Source: a virus
DNA length: 64,000 nt
Direction: 5' to 3' (one strand)
Virus record (IMG/VR): IMGVR_UViG_3300034684_000292
Location: 6,848 to 70,847 of that record
Shown in pieces: positions 17,859-27,609 of this stretch. The translations under genes and the position numbers were made by a program. The stretch's first letter is position 1, and each line of letters opens with the position of its first letter. Under the pieces are notes generated by a model, which saw only the letters and a list, made by a program, of their open reading frames with translations, was not told where the DNA came from and ran no database searches.

Positions 17859-19101
17859 CTTTAATTTCAGGTTTTGCCTCAACGGGCAGCGTTAATGAAT
17901 GAACCATTCTCGTTAAATCGTTCTGAAACATCAATACTGTTTCCGGAGTAACTCTCCTGCCTTTTACAACTTCCAATCCTATTAAATCGTGATATTTCAT
18001 ATCCGCATCCTGATACATTCGGAATGCAATATCCGAATCTTGCGTATAAGAACTCGAATAGGCAAAATCGTCCTGTCCATCGAAACCTTTTGACACTCCC
18101 TTACCAGAACCACGCTTTAATTGAGTGGAATTAATTATCGGAGATTTCCTACTTTTGGTAATCCGTTTTAATCCACGTGTTACATACGTTATCTTTTCCC
18201 ATCCTTCACCAAGTTTTGGCTCCATTAAATATGAACCGTCCACAAATGTTGCCGCAGGTTGATACAAATCGATATACATTTCCAATTCTTCGAGTGTCAT
18301 GCAACTGTACACAATTCTTATATGTGAACGTTTCATTTTACGAAGTCCGTCAAAATACTTTTTCTTTTGACTTCTTGTAAGTGTCCCACTCAAAAAATCT
18401 CTGTAAGGTAGTGAGAATTTGATACAGTCCAATCGTTCTTTGATTTCGTCTTCTCCCATTTCGTTGGTTACAAACAATATTTCCTTAAACTCACCCGTTT
18501 CCTTGTATATTTTCTGCAACTCTTTTTCCAGAAGATGCGTAAGATATACCATTAACCAAGTTTTTCCTGCACCTCCACGACCTCCTATGGTTATAACGTC
18601 CGTTCGTCTGTAACCGTAAAACAGTTTGTCCATATCGGGTGCACCCATACTCAAATAGGTAACACCACCTGTCCGTGCACGTTCAAGGTATTCTTCAATA
18701 CGCAATGCCGAATCCTCAGAATACAAAGTGTCCTTTGTTTCGGTAGCAGTATTGGCCAATGATGAAACCAACTCCTGCAATTCGGAAAAACTGTCCAATG
18801 GGTCTTTGGAAAAATCCTTCAATATAACAGGGACTTTATCCGTTAAAGTTGCATACAGGTATCTGTTTTTCAATTCTCCCAAATAGTAAGAAGGTGTGGA
18901 ATCCACTTCCGATGCAGATAATTTGTATTTATCGCAGAAAGTTTTTACTCCCATCATTTCGCCCGATTCCTTAACGTAATCGAGTGCCTCCTTATATTTT
19001 ACTACTTCGGTGGAATCAAGCCACTTCCTGTTAACGGAAACAAGTGTTCTTTGGTCTTTGCGTTGCAAACACGCAATTATCAATTTCTCTCCTACTGTCA
19101 T
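17848..19101 (-). CDS. DnaB-like (SF4) replicative helicase
   Basis: GGRGGAGKT, FVTNEM, FVDGSYLM, STQLKR, QDSD. Confidence 0.9.
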   Translation of the reverse strand: MTVGEKLIIACLQRKDQRTLVSVNRKWLDSTEVVKYKEALDYVKESGEMMGVKTFCDKYKLSASEVDSTPSYYLGELKNRYLYATLTDKVPVILKDFSKDPLDSFSELQELVSSLANTATETKDTLYSEDSALRIEEYLERARTGGVTYLSMGAPDMDKLFYGYRRTDVITIGGRGGAGKTWLMVYLTHLLEKELQKIYKETGEFKEILFVTNEMGEDEIKERLDCIKFSLPYRDFLSGTLTRSQKKKYFDGLRKMKRSHIRIVYSCMTLEELEMYIDLYQPAATFVDGSYLMEPKLGEGWEKITYVTRGLKRITKSRKSPIINSTQLKRGSGKGVSKGFDGQDDFAYSSSYTQDSDIAFRMYQDADMKYHDLIGLEVVKGRRVTPETVLMFQNDLTRMVHSLTLPVEAKPEIKDDF

Positions 19102-19715
19102 ACCAACTTATCTTTCAACTGTTTTTGAATTATTTTACGATAATCCTTTCCTCTGACACATACACCAACTACGGCTTCATTAAGTAGTGAACCAATATCC
19201 TCAGAGAAAACATCTCTTACATATTTTGGGTCTGTATTGGAGGCAATCCACAATGGTTTTCCCATTTGAACTCTGTATCGTATAACAGATTCTACAACTC
19301 TTTTTACCAAATCGGGAAGTGGTACAGGCTTCCCCGTCTTATCGACATTCTTACCGAACTCGTCTATTGCGAGAAAATCTATGTTCCTTAGAACATTATT
19401 CAAATCACGCCTTTCTTCATCAGAATACCAGCCGGCAGTAAATTTATCGACAATTTCATCCATCGAAAACATTCTTACCTTGTAGCCACGATTCAATAAC
19501 TCCTTCATGGAACATGCCAACAAGTGAGTTTTGCCTGTACCGTTACTTCCATACAAATACAAACCGAGACCCTCAACTCCATCAGGATACCTGTCCAAAT
19601 AATTTTTGACAATCCCCAACGCCTCATCATCATTTGTAAAATCGTCAAATGTTTTATTGTGCCATAGAGATTTTATTCCACAATACAGATAGTAGTCTTT
19701 TGTCTTTTTGTCCAT
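19098..19715 (-). CDS. DnaC/IstB-like helicase loader ATPase
   Basis: GLYLYGSNGTGKTHL, LAIDEFG, ASN, GKDYR. Confidence 0.85.
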   Translation of the reverse strand: MDKKTKDYYLYCGIKSLWHNKTFDDFTNDDEALGIVKNYLDRYPDGVEGLGLYLYGSNGTGKTHLLACSMKELLNRGYKVRMFSMDEIVDKFTAGWYSDEERRDLNNVLRNIDFLAIDEFGKNVDKTGKPVPLPDLVKRVVESVIRYRVQMGKPLWIASNTDPKYVRDVFSEDIGSLLNEAVVGVCVRGKDYRKIIQKQLKDKLV

Positions 19716-19717
19716 AA

Positions 19718-20467
19718 CTAAAATGTTCCGTCATCATCAATAGCAGAATCCTTAACTCTCATATAATCCTTACCGTGTGAAATTCCTTTGGTAAGTGCCC
19801 CGAATATTTCATCTTTCATAACAGCAACCAACGTTAAAGTGGGAACTCCCTTCTTTTTGTAAGCATCAAAATTCAATGTTCCCTCTACAATTATTGCAAA
19901 CGTAGTATGTCTGTCATAAACTTTAAGTATGTTGCTTGTTTGATAAAATTCCACTTTGTTTCTAATATTGTACACTTCTCCTCCGGTGTAAACTTCATAT
20001 AAGAGTCCGTGCAATTCCGTAAAGTCTCCGGGTGTAAGTTTTTGTACTCTTTCCACCATGTTGTTTATTTCCTTCCGCACATACTTGGCTCTCGATTTGT
20101 TTCTTGCGCTTTTTGTATATGCAGATAACTTTTCGGATAAAAATTCCTTACTTAAATCGAATATCGAACTCTTAACTTCAAACGGAAAAAACCTTCTTCC
20201 TCTGAACTCTCCGAGAAGTATTTTACCCTCATAAAATTCAATAAGTCCCTCGTTTCCCAACTCATTGAGTGCCTCATATATTTTGTCCGAATCCCATTCG
20301 GAAAAATAATCATAAACGTCCTCTTCCGAGAGTACAGAAAAAGCAAATCTCTCATCATCCAAAACTCCTGATGTAATATTAGACAACAAAGCCATATAGA
20401 TAATATGCTTCAAACCGACTAACTCGGTTATTGGCATACCCTTTCGTATCCGCAAAAGTCCGTTCAT
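19718..20467 (-). CDS. putative replication initiator (winged-helix-like N-terminus)
   Basis: position upstream of the loader and helicase; KIYEALNELGNEGLI. Confidence 0.5.
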   Translation of the reverse strand: MNGLLRIRKGMPITELVGLKHIIYMALLSNITSGVLDDERFAFSVLSEEDVYDYFSEWDSDKIYEALNELGNEGLIEFYEGKILLGEFRGRRFFPFEVKSSIFDLSKEFLSEKLSAYTKSARNKSRAKYVRKEINNMVERVQKLTPGDFTELHGLLYEVYTGGEVYNIRNKVEFYQTSNILKVYDRHTTFAIIVEGTLNFDAYKKKGVPTLTLVAVMKDEIFGALTKGISHGKDYMRVKDSAIDDDGTF

Positions 20468-20468
20468 T

Positions 20469-20726
20469 TCAACTCTTACTTATCACATCCTTAACTTGTA
20501 CTTCCAACTCGGCCGTAATCAATTCATCGGCTATTTCAAATGTTTTTTGAATTTTCGCCAACATTTTCTCGTCGGGTTCTATCGGAAGTGTAACACCAAT
20601 GGTAATCTTTGCACTCTCATAGTTTCCGAGATTTTTTGTCAACGACTTTTCGTAATAAACATAACCGTCTTCGGTTCTTGTTATATCCGGCTCTTTGATT
20701 GTTTTTGGTTTCTTACTGATTGGCAT
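20469..20726 (-). CDS. hypothetical protein
   Basis: 85 aa with TKNLGNYES motif common in phage proteins. Confidence 0.6.
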   Translation of the reverse strand: MPISKKPKTIKEPDITRTEDGYVYYEKSLTKNLGNYESAKITIGVTLPIEPDEKMLAKIQKTFEIADELITAELEVQVKDVISKS

Positions 20727-21024
20727 ATCTTTCCCTTTCTTCTTTAAATATTAGATGTATCTTGGTTATATCCTCAGGGTCTGGCTCTTTATACTGCGGA
20801 AAATTGAGTATAATCGGCTTAACTCTTTCGACAAGAGTCTTAGGATAATACCTTATAGAATTATACCTGATAGGTGCATCGGGAATTACTCCCTCCTTTT
20901 CATACCTTCTTATGGTATGGGAAGTTCTGTCAACTTCCCTTGCAAATCCCGTAATCGTAAGACATGAAACAAGTTTACCGTTAATCTTGAATGTCTTACT
21001 GTTATCCCTTACTTTCCTACTCAT
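20713..21024 (-). CDS. MerR-like HTH DNA-binding protein
   Basis: LTITGFAREVDRTSHTIRRYEKEGVIP...RYY. Confidence 0.7.
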   Translation of the reverse strand: MSRKVRDNSKTFKINGKLVSCLTITGFAREVDRTSHTIRRYEKEGVIPDAPIRYNSIRYYPKTLVERVKPIILNFPQYKEPDPEDITKIHLIFKEERERYANQ

Positions 21025-21556
21025 CGAAATCTGAACCTCCTTTATCACCCGAAACAACTGAAAAAGCATAAGTACGAGTAGGCTCGTACAGTCTCAAAGC
21101 ATCCTCATTTGAAATTTCTCCTGAGGAAATCATTCGTGCAAGTTCATCCTCATCCACATATTCCTTAACTTTGATAACACTGTCCGCAATACCCAATTCA
21201 CGTATTACATTCATTGCATCACTTCTTAATGAGGCAGAATTTCTTGCAGTTCTCTTCATGATAATCTCGGTATCGAGATACGGAAGTCTGCATTCCTTAC
21301 TACCCGTAGGAAGTTCAACTTCATTGGCATCCATATATGTTTCCAAAGTAGGACGTATCTTATTGCAATCCTTAGTCAATAAGGATATTGCCTTTTTCTT
21401 GTTCATATACTCGAACGCTTGTAATGCAATTTCGTCCTGTTTATGTGTTACCGATTTTGGAATAGGTGTTTTCTCGGTCGATTTAGTCCCCTTAGTTGGC
21501 TCCATACCAACTCTCTCGGAACGTTTTTCTATTTTTTCTACTTTTCTGACAGGCAT
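21017..21556 (-). CDS. hypothetical protein
   Basis: 179-aa ORF with A-rich initiation region. Confidence 0.65.
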   Translation of the reverse strand: MPVRKVEKIEKRSERVGMEPTKGTKSTEKTPIPKSVTHKQDEIALQAFEYMNKKKAISLLTKDCNKIRPTLETYMDANEVELPTGSKECRLPYLDTEIIMKRTARNSASLRSDAMNVIRELGIADSVIKVKEYVDEDELARMISSGEISNEDALRLYEPTRTYAFSVVSGDKGGSDFDE

Positions 21557-21576
21557 AATTTTTTTCGCTTTAAATT

Positions 21577-21614
21577 AAAAAATAAAATCGAGATAGATTT
21601 CTCTACCTCGATTT
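21577..21614 (-). terminator. intrinsic terminator
   Basis: AAATCGAGGTAGA/TCTATCTCGATTT stem followed by a T tract. Confidence 0.75.
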
Positions 21615-21638
21615 CTCACTAAACACGAGGCCGATTTA

Positions 21639-22526
21639 TTAACCAATCCTTTTAATTTTGGTATGTACCTCAGGGTCGATTACATCTTCCGTGTCGTCTT
21701 CGTATGCGACCGTAACAGCAAGACCCTTCCTCGTTTTCTTGATTGATTTTACTTCTCCGTTGTACCATTCGTCAAAGTCGTCTCCTGCCCAATATACGGA
21801 AACTTTGTCTCCTTCTTCGAGGTCTTCCAATTCAACCAATTCCTCTTTCGGTTTTTTGGTCGATTTTTCTTTGCCCTTCGATTTTGGTTTTTCGACAACT
21901 TTTTTCTTTGTTTCTCCAGAAATAACTGCCGCAAGTTGTTCTGCAACATCATCAATTTCGATTGATTCGTCGCCCTCGAAATTGTCAATGATTCCTGCAA
22001 CCGCATCCTCATCAACTTCATCTCCAAGTGCAACAAGTTTGGAAATGGTTTTCTTTTTGTTCAGTGTCCCACTGTCAAAATCTTCGAGAATTTTTACGAC
22101 CGTTTCAACAACGGTTTCGTCAACAGCCGTTTCTTCTTCGTCCTCAACATCTTCGGCAGAATCATCCTCAGGTTCTTCTCCACCTTCCATTGCATCGAGG
22201 ATAAGTTCACGCAATTTTTTGTTTGTGTTCTTCCCTTCGTAATCCGCAGGGTCAATACCAAATTCGTCTTTCAGAATTTTGGTAAGTTCCTTCACAGATT
22301 TTTCCATCAGTTCATCCTCAGTATAGGAAGGAACTTCCTTTTCTTCGGGTGCAGCCTCAGGTGCAGATTTTGCAGTTGTAGTTTTAGGCTCATTTGATTC
22401 CGCAAAATCACCCATACTCATTACAGGTAAAAATACTTTACCCTCATGTTGAATAGCTTCAACTTCTAATCCGGCAGGAAATTGGGCCACAACGGTAGCC
22501 GTCGGTTTAACTTTTCCGAGTTTCAT
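21639..22526 (-). CDS. very acidic multidomain protein: HeH/Rho-N-like motif plus C-terminal Tudor/Agenet-like domain
   Basis: YTEDELMEKSVKELTKIL...NKKLRELIL; GDKVSVYWAGDDFDEWYNGEVKSI...VAYEDDTED; monocistronic. Confidence 0.7.
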   Translation of the reverse strand: MKLGKVKPTATVVAQFPAGLEVEAIQHEGKVFLPVMSMGDFAESNEPKTTTAKSAPEAAPEEKEVPSYTEDELMEKSVKELTKILKDEFGIDPADYEGKNTNKKLRELILDAMEGGEEPEDDSAEDVEDEEETAVDETVVETVVKILEDFDSGTLNKKKTISKLVALGDEVDEDAVAGIIDNFEGDESIEIDDVAEQLAAVISGETKKKVVEKPKSKGKEKSTKKPKEELVELEDLEEGDKVSVYWAGDDFDEWYNGEVKSIKKTRKGLAVTVAYEDDTEDVIDPEVHTKIKRIG

Positions 22527-22584
22527 AAATTTAATTTTTTAATGATTAATAAAAAGCTTTGTGTTTTCGTTTTTGAAAGCAATG

Positions 22585-22616
22585 TAAATATACGGATAAC
22601 TAAATTTAGTTCCAAA
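22585..22616 (-). promoter_or_regulatory. repeated phage promoter motif, copy 4
   Basis: TTTGGAACTAAATTTAGTTATCCGTATATTTA. Confidence 0.7.
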
Positions 22617-22622
22617 TCATGC

Positions 22623-22856
22623 TTAAATTTCCTCGTTAACTGTTATAATCAAATGATTGCAACCGTACATAACAAACAGTGGAGTTCCTGCGTTTATGGG
22701 AAATACCTCAAACCTCTTTCCGGCAGGAACGTTATCCGTAATTCTCCTTAAAACAGTTTCATAATCTCCCACAATTTCGATTATACCCCCGACAGGCATT
22801 GCATAAAGCTCCGCATATTGTTCGGGAGTATTGTCTTCTCTGATAACAATGCTCAT
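22623..22856 (-). CDS. hypothetical protein
   Basis: ATGA-coupled small ORF. Confidence 0.6.
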   Translation of the reverse strand: MSIVIREDNTPEQYAELYAMPVGGIIEIVGDYETVLRRITDNVPAGKRFEVFPINAGTPLFVMYGCNHLIITVNEEI

Positions 22857-23110
22857 ACTCTTATACAGTTTTGCAAATACAAATCCATACTTATTTCGGG
22901 ATAAGTTTCCGCAAGCGAGAAAAATTTATCCAACTTGCAGAGTTGTCCACCAATACTTATTACGGTTCCGTGTGCAGAACTGTAAACAACTGCCACGTTT
23001 TTATTCCACGTAATGTGTTTTTGTGCATCCTTTTCGATTTCCTTACATGCGGCTTTGAAAGCCTCTTCTGCGGAAATTACTTTTTTGATTTTATCTTCAA
23101 TTGTTGCCAT
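22853..23110 (-). CDS. hypothetical protein
   Basis: small ORF in operon. Confidence 0.6.
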   Translation of the reverse strand: MATIEDKIKKVISAEEAFKAACKEIEKDAQKHITWNKNVAVVYSSAHGTVISIGGQLCKLDKFFSLAETYPEISMDLYLQNCIRV

Positions 23111-23136
23111 TTTAATACTATTTTTATGTTACTTAA

Positions 23137-23343
23137 TTACTGTTTATCGTTTAGTAAATCGCCGATTGTTACCATTCCGTTGTCATCCTTAGGTTTCCAT
23201 TGAGGAAGGTTAATATTCCAAACAGGAAGTAATTTGAAATTTCTGATTTGAGGGTAACCCTTAATCAATGTTTCAAATTCCTCAACACGAATTTCTTCCA
23301 AAAGTCTGATTGTTTTTTCTTTTGTGTCAACTTCCATTCTCAT
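23137..23343 (-). CDS. hypothetical protein
   Basis: small ORF in operon. Confidence 0.55.
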   Translation of the reverse strand: MRMEVDTKEKTIRLLEEIRVEEFETLIKGYPQIRNFKLLPVWNINLPQWKPKDDNGMVTIGDLLNDKQ

Positions 23344-23347
23344 AAGC

Positions 23348-23530
23348 TTAGTTTTTAGTGTTTATAAATTTTTCGTACAAATCATCCGCCGCTTTTTGCG
23401 ATAACTCCAATACTTTCTGTTCACTGTTACTCTGTTTGACAGCACCGAGTACTTCCACAGATAACGACAAAATGCGTTGCACTATCCAATTTTTTAATTG
23501 CGCTTGTTGTATAACATCCAAATCTTTCAT
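23348..23530 (-). CDS. hypothetical protein
   Basis: small helical ORF. Confidence 0.55.
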   Translation of the reverse strand: MKDLDVIQQAQLKNWIVQRILSLSVEVLGAVKQSNSEQKVLELSQKAADDLYEKFINTKN

Positions 23531-23810
23531 ACTTTAAAATTTTATAGACTATTATTTTAATTTCTTCGATTCCGGCTTTGGTTAATCTGTCGAAACGACT
23601 TTCATTCATATACGGAGTAATTAGTCTCCATTGTCCATTAACAACTTTACCGACTACCTCAGGTTCTCCAATATCCGAATAGAACATGTTGCAGTACTCT
23701 TCCTTTGCTTCAATATCGGTTTCTCTGTCAACTCTGAGATACGGCCCCGTGAATAAGCACCTTTTAGGTCTCGAACTCACGGAAATTAATGTCCCTACCA
23801 AAAATTTCAT
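23427..23810 (-). CDS. hypothetical protein
   Basis: 127-aa ORF; 3' end overlaps the next gene. Confidence 0.55.
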   Translation of the reverse strand: MKFLVGTLISVSSRPKRCLFTGPYLRVDRETDIEAKEEYCNMFYSDIGEPEVVGKVVNGQWRLITPYMNESRFDRLTKAGIEEIKIIVYKILKYERFGCYTTSAIKKLDSATHFVVICGSTRCCQTE

Positions 23811-23820
23811 CTCGTGTACT

Positions 23821-24405
23821 CTATCTTGTGTACTTCTTGTAATTTAAAAATCGGAAATTGTGAAATGCTTTTCTGTACAACAGGTAATCCCAATCACTTG
23901 CAAATCTTTCGGACTCCAATTCAAAACAAGTCCGTCTTCTTATTTCACTGTACGGAACTTTTTTACCTATTGTAAGTACAATTCCGATAACATTCAGCCA
24001 ATAAAAAATTGTGGGAACAAACGGTAACAGAACAATCCACTCCCATGTACTTGTAAACATTAATACGAGTATTACAGGCAATGCCGCAGTTATCAGTTCC
24101 CGCTGTTGATGAATATGTATTCTTTCATGATTTAAAATATCCACAGGTTTTTCAACCGCCAAATCTTTGCGGATAAAAAAGAACGGATAAAATGCCCATG
24201 CAGGATACCTCAATTTGGAAACAATTACAGGAAATCCGCTTCTTAAACCTCCGCCGACAAAATTAAGGAAACTGACTACTTTTGCAAGCCACTTGTAGTC
24301 ATACCCCTGACCTTTGTTATCGATGTAGTCGATTATTTCCCTACTTTTTTGACCGTGTCTTTTAATGTTTCTGACTTCACTCTGTCCCTTTTTCATCTTC
24401 ATCAT
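23821..24405 (-). CDS. membrane-associated HExxH zinc-peptidase-like protein
   Basis: LNHERIHIHQQRE, TM segments, CFELES. Confidence 0.6.
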   Translation of the reverse strand: MMKMKKGQSEVRNIKRHGQKSREIIDYIDNKGQGYDYKWLAKVVSFLNFVGGGLRSGFPVIVSKLRYPAWAFYPFFFIRKDLAVEKPVDILNHERIHIHQQRELITAALPVILVLMFTSTWEWIVLLPFVPTIFYWLNVIGIVLTIGKKVPYSEIRRRTCFELESERFASDWDYLLYRKAFHNFRFLNYKKYTR

Positions 24406-24610
24406 CGATTAAATCGTTATTACCCTCAACATCCGTTTGGTTCATTGTCTCATAATGTCCAAACAATAGCATTGCAAGAAATGTAAACGGAACATAAAGC
24501 CAGAACACTTTTGCATTTCCTGTCTGTAAATACACATACATAGGCCCCAATATCATCATTCCAATGATTAGAGCCTTTACCAATTCCCTGAAAAATCTTA
24601 CTACATTCAT
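24377..24610 (-). CDS. small two-TM protein (holin-like architecture)
   Basis: two hydrophobic helices and an acidic C-tail. Confidence 0.55.
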   Translation of the reverse strand: MNVVRFFRELVKALIIGMMILGPMYVYLQTGNAKVFWLYVPFTFLAMLLFGHYETMNQTDVEGNNDLIDDEDEKGTE

Positions 24611-24612
24611 TT

Positions 24613-26154
24613 TTATAAAATATTATTGATGCTTTTTATTCCACTCAAATAAACATTACCCTCGTAAGTAGCATTTATCTTTATAAACTTCTTTGCATTA
24701 TTAAAAACCGCATAAGACAAAGGACATTCATCCAACGGATAGATACATATCGGTTCTTTCTTATCCGGATGTTGTCTAAGTATCCTACCGATAGCCTGTT
24801 CGGTATCCTTTAACGGCAAATCCAATATCAATGTATCCAATCTGTCAATATCGAGACCCTCTTTTGCCAATTGCATAACACCCAATATGAGTTTGCAGTC
24901 GTTTTGCAAAAACTTTCTGTCGGTTTCGTTCATTTTGTTTGTTTCAGAAATAACAAGTATCGGCTTATACTTGCCGAATATTTTATACATGGCTTTGAGT
25001 GTATCCTTTCGTTTAGACAGAAACAGTACGGTTCTTCCTTTATCAAGACTTTCCTTAACCACTTTGGTTAGAACTTTTCTCCTTTTGGAATTCTCAGTTA
25101 AATAACTTTCCACAGTCGTGTACTGTAATTTCTCTGCCTTACTTAGTGCTCTGCGTATCTCAAAATACACCGACTTTGTAATAACCCTATCATTAAGGTC
25201 TTTAATCAAATCGTCCTCATAATTCTTTGGAGGTTTAAATTCGCAAAAACTTTCAGTAAAGTTAACGGAAACATTTTTAAATTCCAAATAGTCCAAAACT
25301 TTCTGAGTAACAAACTTCCTGTTTACTGCACCTCTTACTTCAATGCCCGTAGGTATCGTATAAACTTTAGCCGGTGGAAATCTGCTATCCATTTTCATGT
25401 AATGGCCGAAATGATACTTTAAAATTTTATGAACTCCGTCAGCCCTGCGAAATGTAGCCGTAAGTGCAGTTCTGAATTTTGCAGGTATTTCGTTTAGTAT
25501 TGGTAAATAAGTTTCTGCACCGACTCTGTGTGCTTCATCCAATATTACGTGTCCTATATTTTTGATTAACTCCTTAGGTAATATTCTCACCGAAAAAGTA
25601 TCCATTACGATAATGGTAAAATCGTTATCCGTTTGTATTTCCTTATCCGTTGAGGTAACAACAACCGAAGTACAATCCGTAAATTCTTCAATTCGTTCTT
25701 TCCATTGATTTGCCAAATAATAAGTGGGAACTAAAATCATGGTCTTAACTCCCCTCATCAATGCAATATATAAAGCTATCACGGTTTTACCTGAACCGCA
25801 GCTTGCCTCAATAAGAATGCCTGTACTTCTATTTATATCATCCAAATTGTCATTGATAAATGTTTCCTGATAGTCCCTCAGTTTTTTGTTGAATCTAACG
25901 GTGGAAAGTTTCTCACCTGTCCAACTTAGTTTATCGGGCTCACCAAAATAATATCTCGGCAAAACATATTTGTCTTCTTCCTTAGTTAAGTAACAAATAT
26001 ACTTCTCGATTTTTTTGTAAAACCTACCATGTCCAAATCTGACAAAATTCTCATACTCCGGATTAGGTAAAGTCAAATCGGTTATTACTTCATCCAACGT
26101 GGTTCCACGTGAGACTATTTCCTTTTCGGTTAAATAGAGATTACTTTCTTTCAT
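24613..26154 (-). CDS. SF2 (UvsW/SSL2-like) DEAH helicase
   Basis: ASCGSGKT, ILDEAH, LTAT, KEGLDI, QAIGRILR. Confidence 0.9.
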   Translation of the reverse strand: MKESNLYLTEKEIVSRGTTLDEVITDLTLPNPEYENFVRFGHGRFYKKIEKYICYLTKEEDKYVLPRYYFGEPDKLSWTGEKLSTVRFNKKLRDYQETFINDNLDDINRSTGILIEASCGSGKTVIALYIALMRGVKTMILVPTYYLANQWKERIEEFTDCTSVVVTSTDKEIQTDNDFTIIVMDTFSVRILPKELIKNIGHVILDEAHRVGAETYLPILNEIPAKFRTALTATFRRADGVHKILKYHFGHYMKMDSRFPPAKVYTIPTGIEVRGAVNRKFVTQKVLDYLEFKNVSVNFTESFCEFKPPKNYEDDLIKDLNDRVITKSVYFEIRRALSKAEKLQYTTVESYLTENSKRRKVLTKVVKESLDKGRTVLFLSKRKDTLKAMYKIFGKYKPILVISETNKMNETDRKFLQNDCKLILGVMQLAKEGLDIDRLDTLILDLPLKDTEQAIGRILRQHPDKKEPICIYPLDECPLSYAVFNNAKKFIKINATYEGNVYLSGIKSINNIL

Positions 26155-26335
26155 ATTCCAAAATTGTCCAACCTTGTTGCTGCACCAATCAGTTTTATAT
26201 TACTTTTAAAGATTAAATTCTTATATAATATAAATATATAATACTTATAGGTCTGCACCTTAGTCCATTCTTTTATGAATTTTAGCGCCTTTAAAACTCT
26301 CATTTTTGCATAAAATTTTCGGGTTGAAAGGAATA

Positions 26336-26367
26336 TAAATATACATAAAACTATTTATACTTCCAAA
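26336..26367 (-). promoter_or_regulatory. repeated phage promoter motif, copy 5
   Basis: TTTGGAAGTATAAATAGTTTTATGTATATTTA at the structural/replication module boundary. Confidence 0.7.
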
Positions 26368-26403
26368 CAACCCGAAGATTATTTTTAAGTGTATGAAAAT
26401 GAG

Positions 26404-27609
26404 TTATTTAAGATAAAATTCGATAATACTTGCCGGTATCTGTATTAGTGTATCTGTACCAAGTTTGCCCATATTTGTATATGCCGAAGTTTTATTTTCG
26501 CCCACAAACCACGTATCTGTTTGTCCAGACCAAGTTATTGCTAAACCAATAAAAGGCTCTCCATTATTCAGGAAAATTCCATATACAGGAGTAACAACTC
26601 CCGTTCCATATATTACTAAATTGACATTGTTTAGAAGAGCTGTTATCTGTGCTCCAACTGAATAGGCACTAAAAGTTCTTGCAGTGGGTGAAGTAACAAG
26701 TGTCCCACCCGTGTATGCATTCTGTGGAACAGCTATCTTATTGTAAGGAATAATGAAAGATGTTTGTGCATCCGAAAGACTAATAACGTACATATAAAGA
26801 TGCCTCGTATTTCCATCCGTAGTTATATTTATAGTTGGAATATCCAAAAATAGTCTTCCTCTTTTATGAATTAATTTTGCCCCATTAATTTCAGGAAGTG
26901 AAGAATCCGATTTTAATGTAACATAAGCTTCCGATATAGCAGGGTCTTCATATTCAATTCTGTTGGAAACAACACTTAATGCTTCATCATAAGACATTCC
27001 ATTGTTGATTTTTGAAGGAACGGAAGTATTGTATTTAAATTTTCCTCCTTGAAATAACAGTGAACTTCCTCTCGGAATTCCATTAACAGTAACAGAAAAA
27101 TTGAGTCCGATTCTTTCAATTTTTGCAACAATTCCAATCAGATTGTTCAGAGTATTAGGGGTTTCCGTAAGAACGTATGTCTCATTAGAGTACACCTCAT
27201 GGTCGGCAGCTGCCTTAGATGTTCCATCCGTGAAAAAAGCGCCGGATATTTTCCTACCGGCATCACCTGCATAATCGACAATACTCTTAGTAGCCGTAAG
27301 ACACATAAAAACAGGTACTGTTCCGTAAGGAGCAACAAGTGGAGTTGAAGCCGGTGGAGTAAATGCCACACCTTCAATTTCCATATAGGTACATGTAGGA
27401 GTAACCGTAATATTTCCGTTTGAATAAGAAACAGTAACATCCAAATCGGTAATAAATCCCACTCTTCGGTCAAGAGCCTTACCCTGTTCGGTAAGTTGAG
27501 TAATCTGTCTGTTCAAATCGGGAGCCGTAATTAAATTTGGAGCCCCCTTAAAGATTGTTTTTGCAATCTTTTTAGCCTTGTCAAAAGGTTTGTCTAATAT
27601 TGCACTCAT
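26404..27609 (-). CDS. putative tail fibre/receptor-binding protein
   Basis: last gene of the baseplate module, T/G/S-rich beta composition. Confidence 0.55.
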   Translation of the reverse strand: MSAILDKPFDKAKKIAKTIFKGAPNLITAPDLNRQITQLTEQGKALDRRVGFITDLDVTVSYSNGNITVTPTCTYMEIEGVAFTPPASTPLVAPYGTVPVFMCLTATKSIVDYAGDAGRKISGAFFTDGTSKAAADHEVYSNETYVLTETPNTLNNLIGIVAKIERIGLNFSVTVNGIPRGSSLLFQGGKFKYNTSVPSKINNGMSYDEALSVVSNRIEYEDPAISEAYVTLKSDSSLPEINGAKLIHKRGRLFLDIPTINITTDGNTRHLYMYVISLSDAQTSFIIPYNKIAVPQNAYTGGTLVTSPTARTFSAYSVGAQITALLNNVNLVIYGTGVVTPVYGIFLNNGEPFIGLAITWSGQTDTWFVGENKTSAYTNMGKLGTDTLIQIPASIIEFYLK

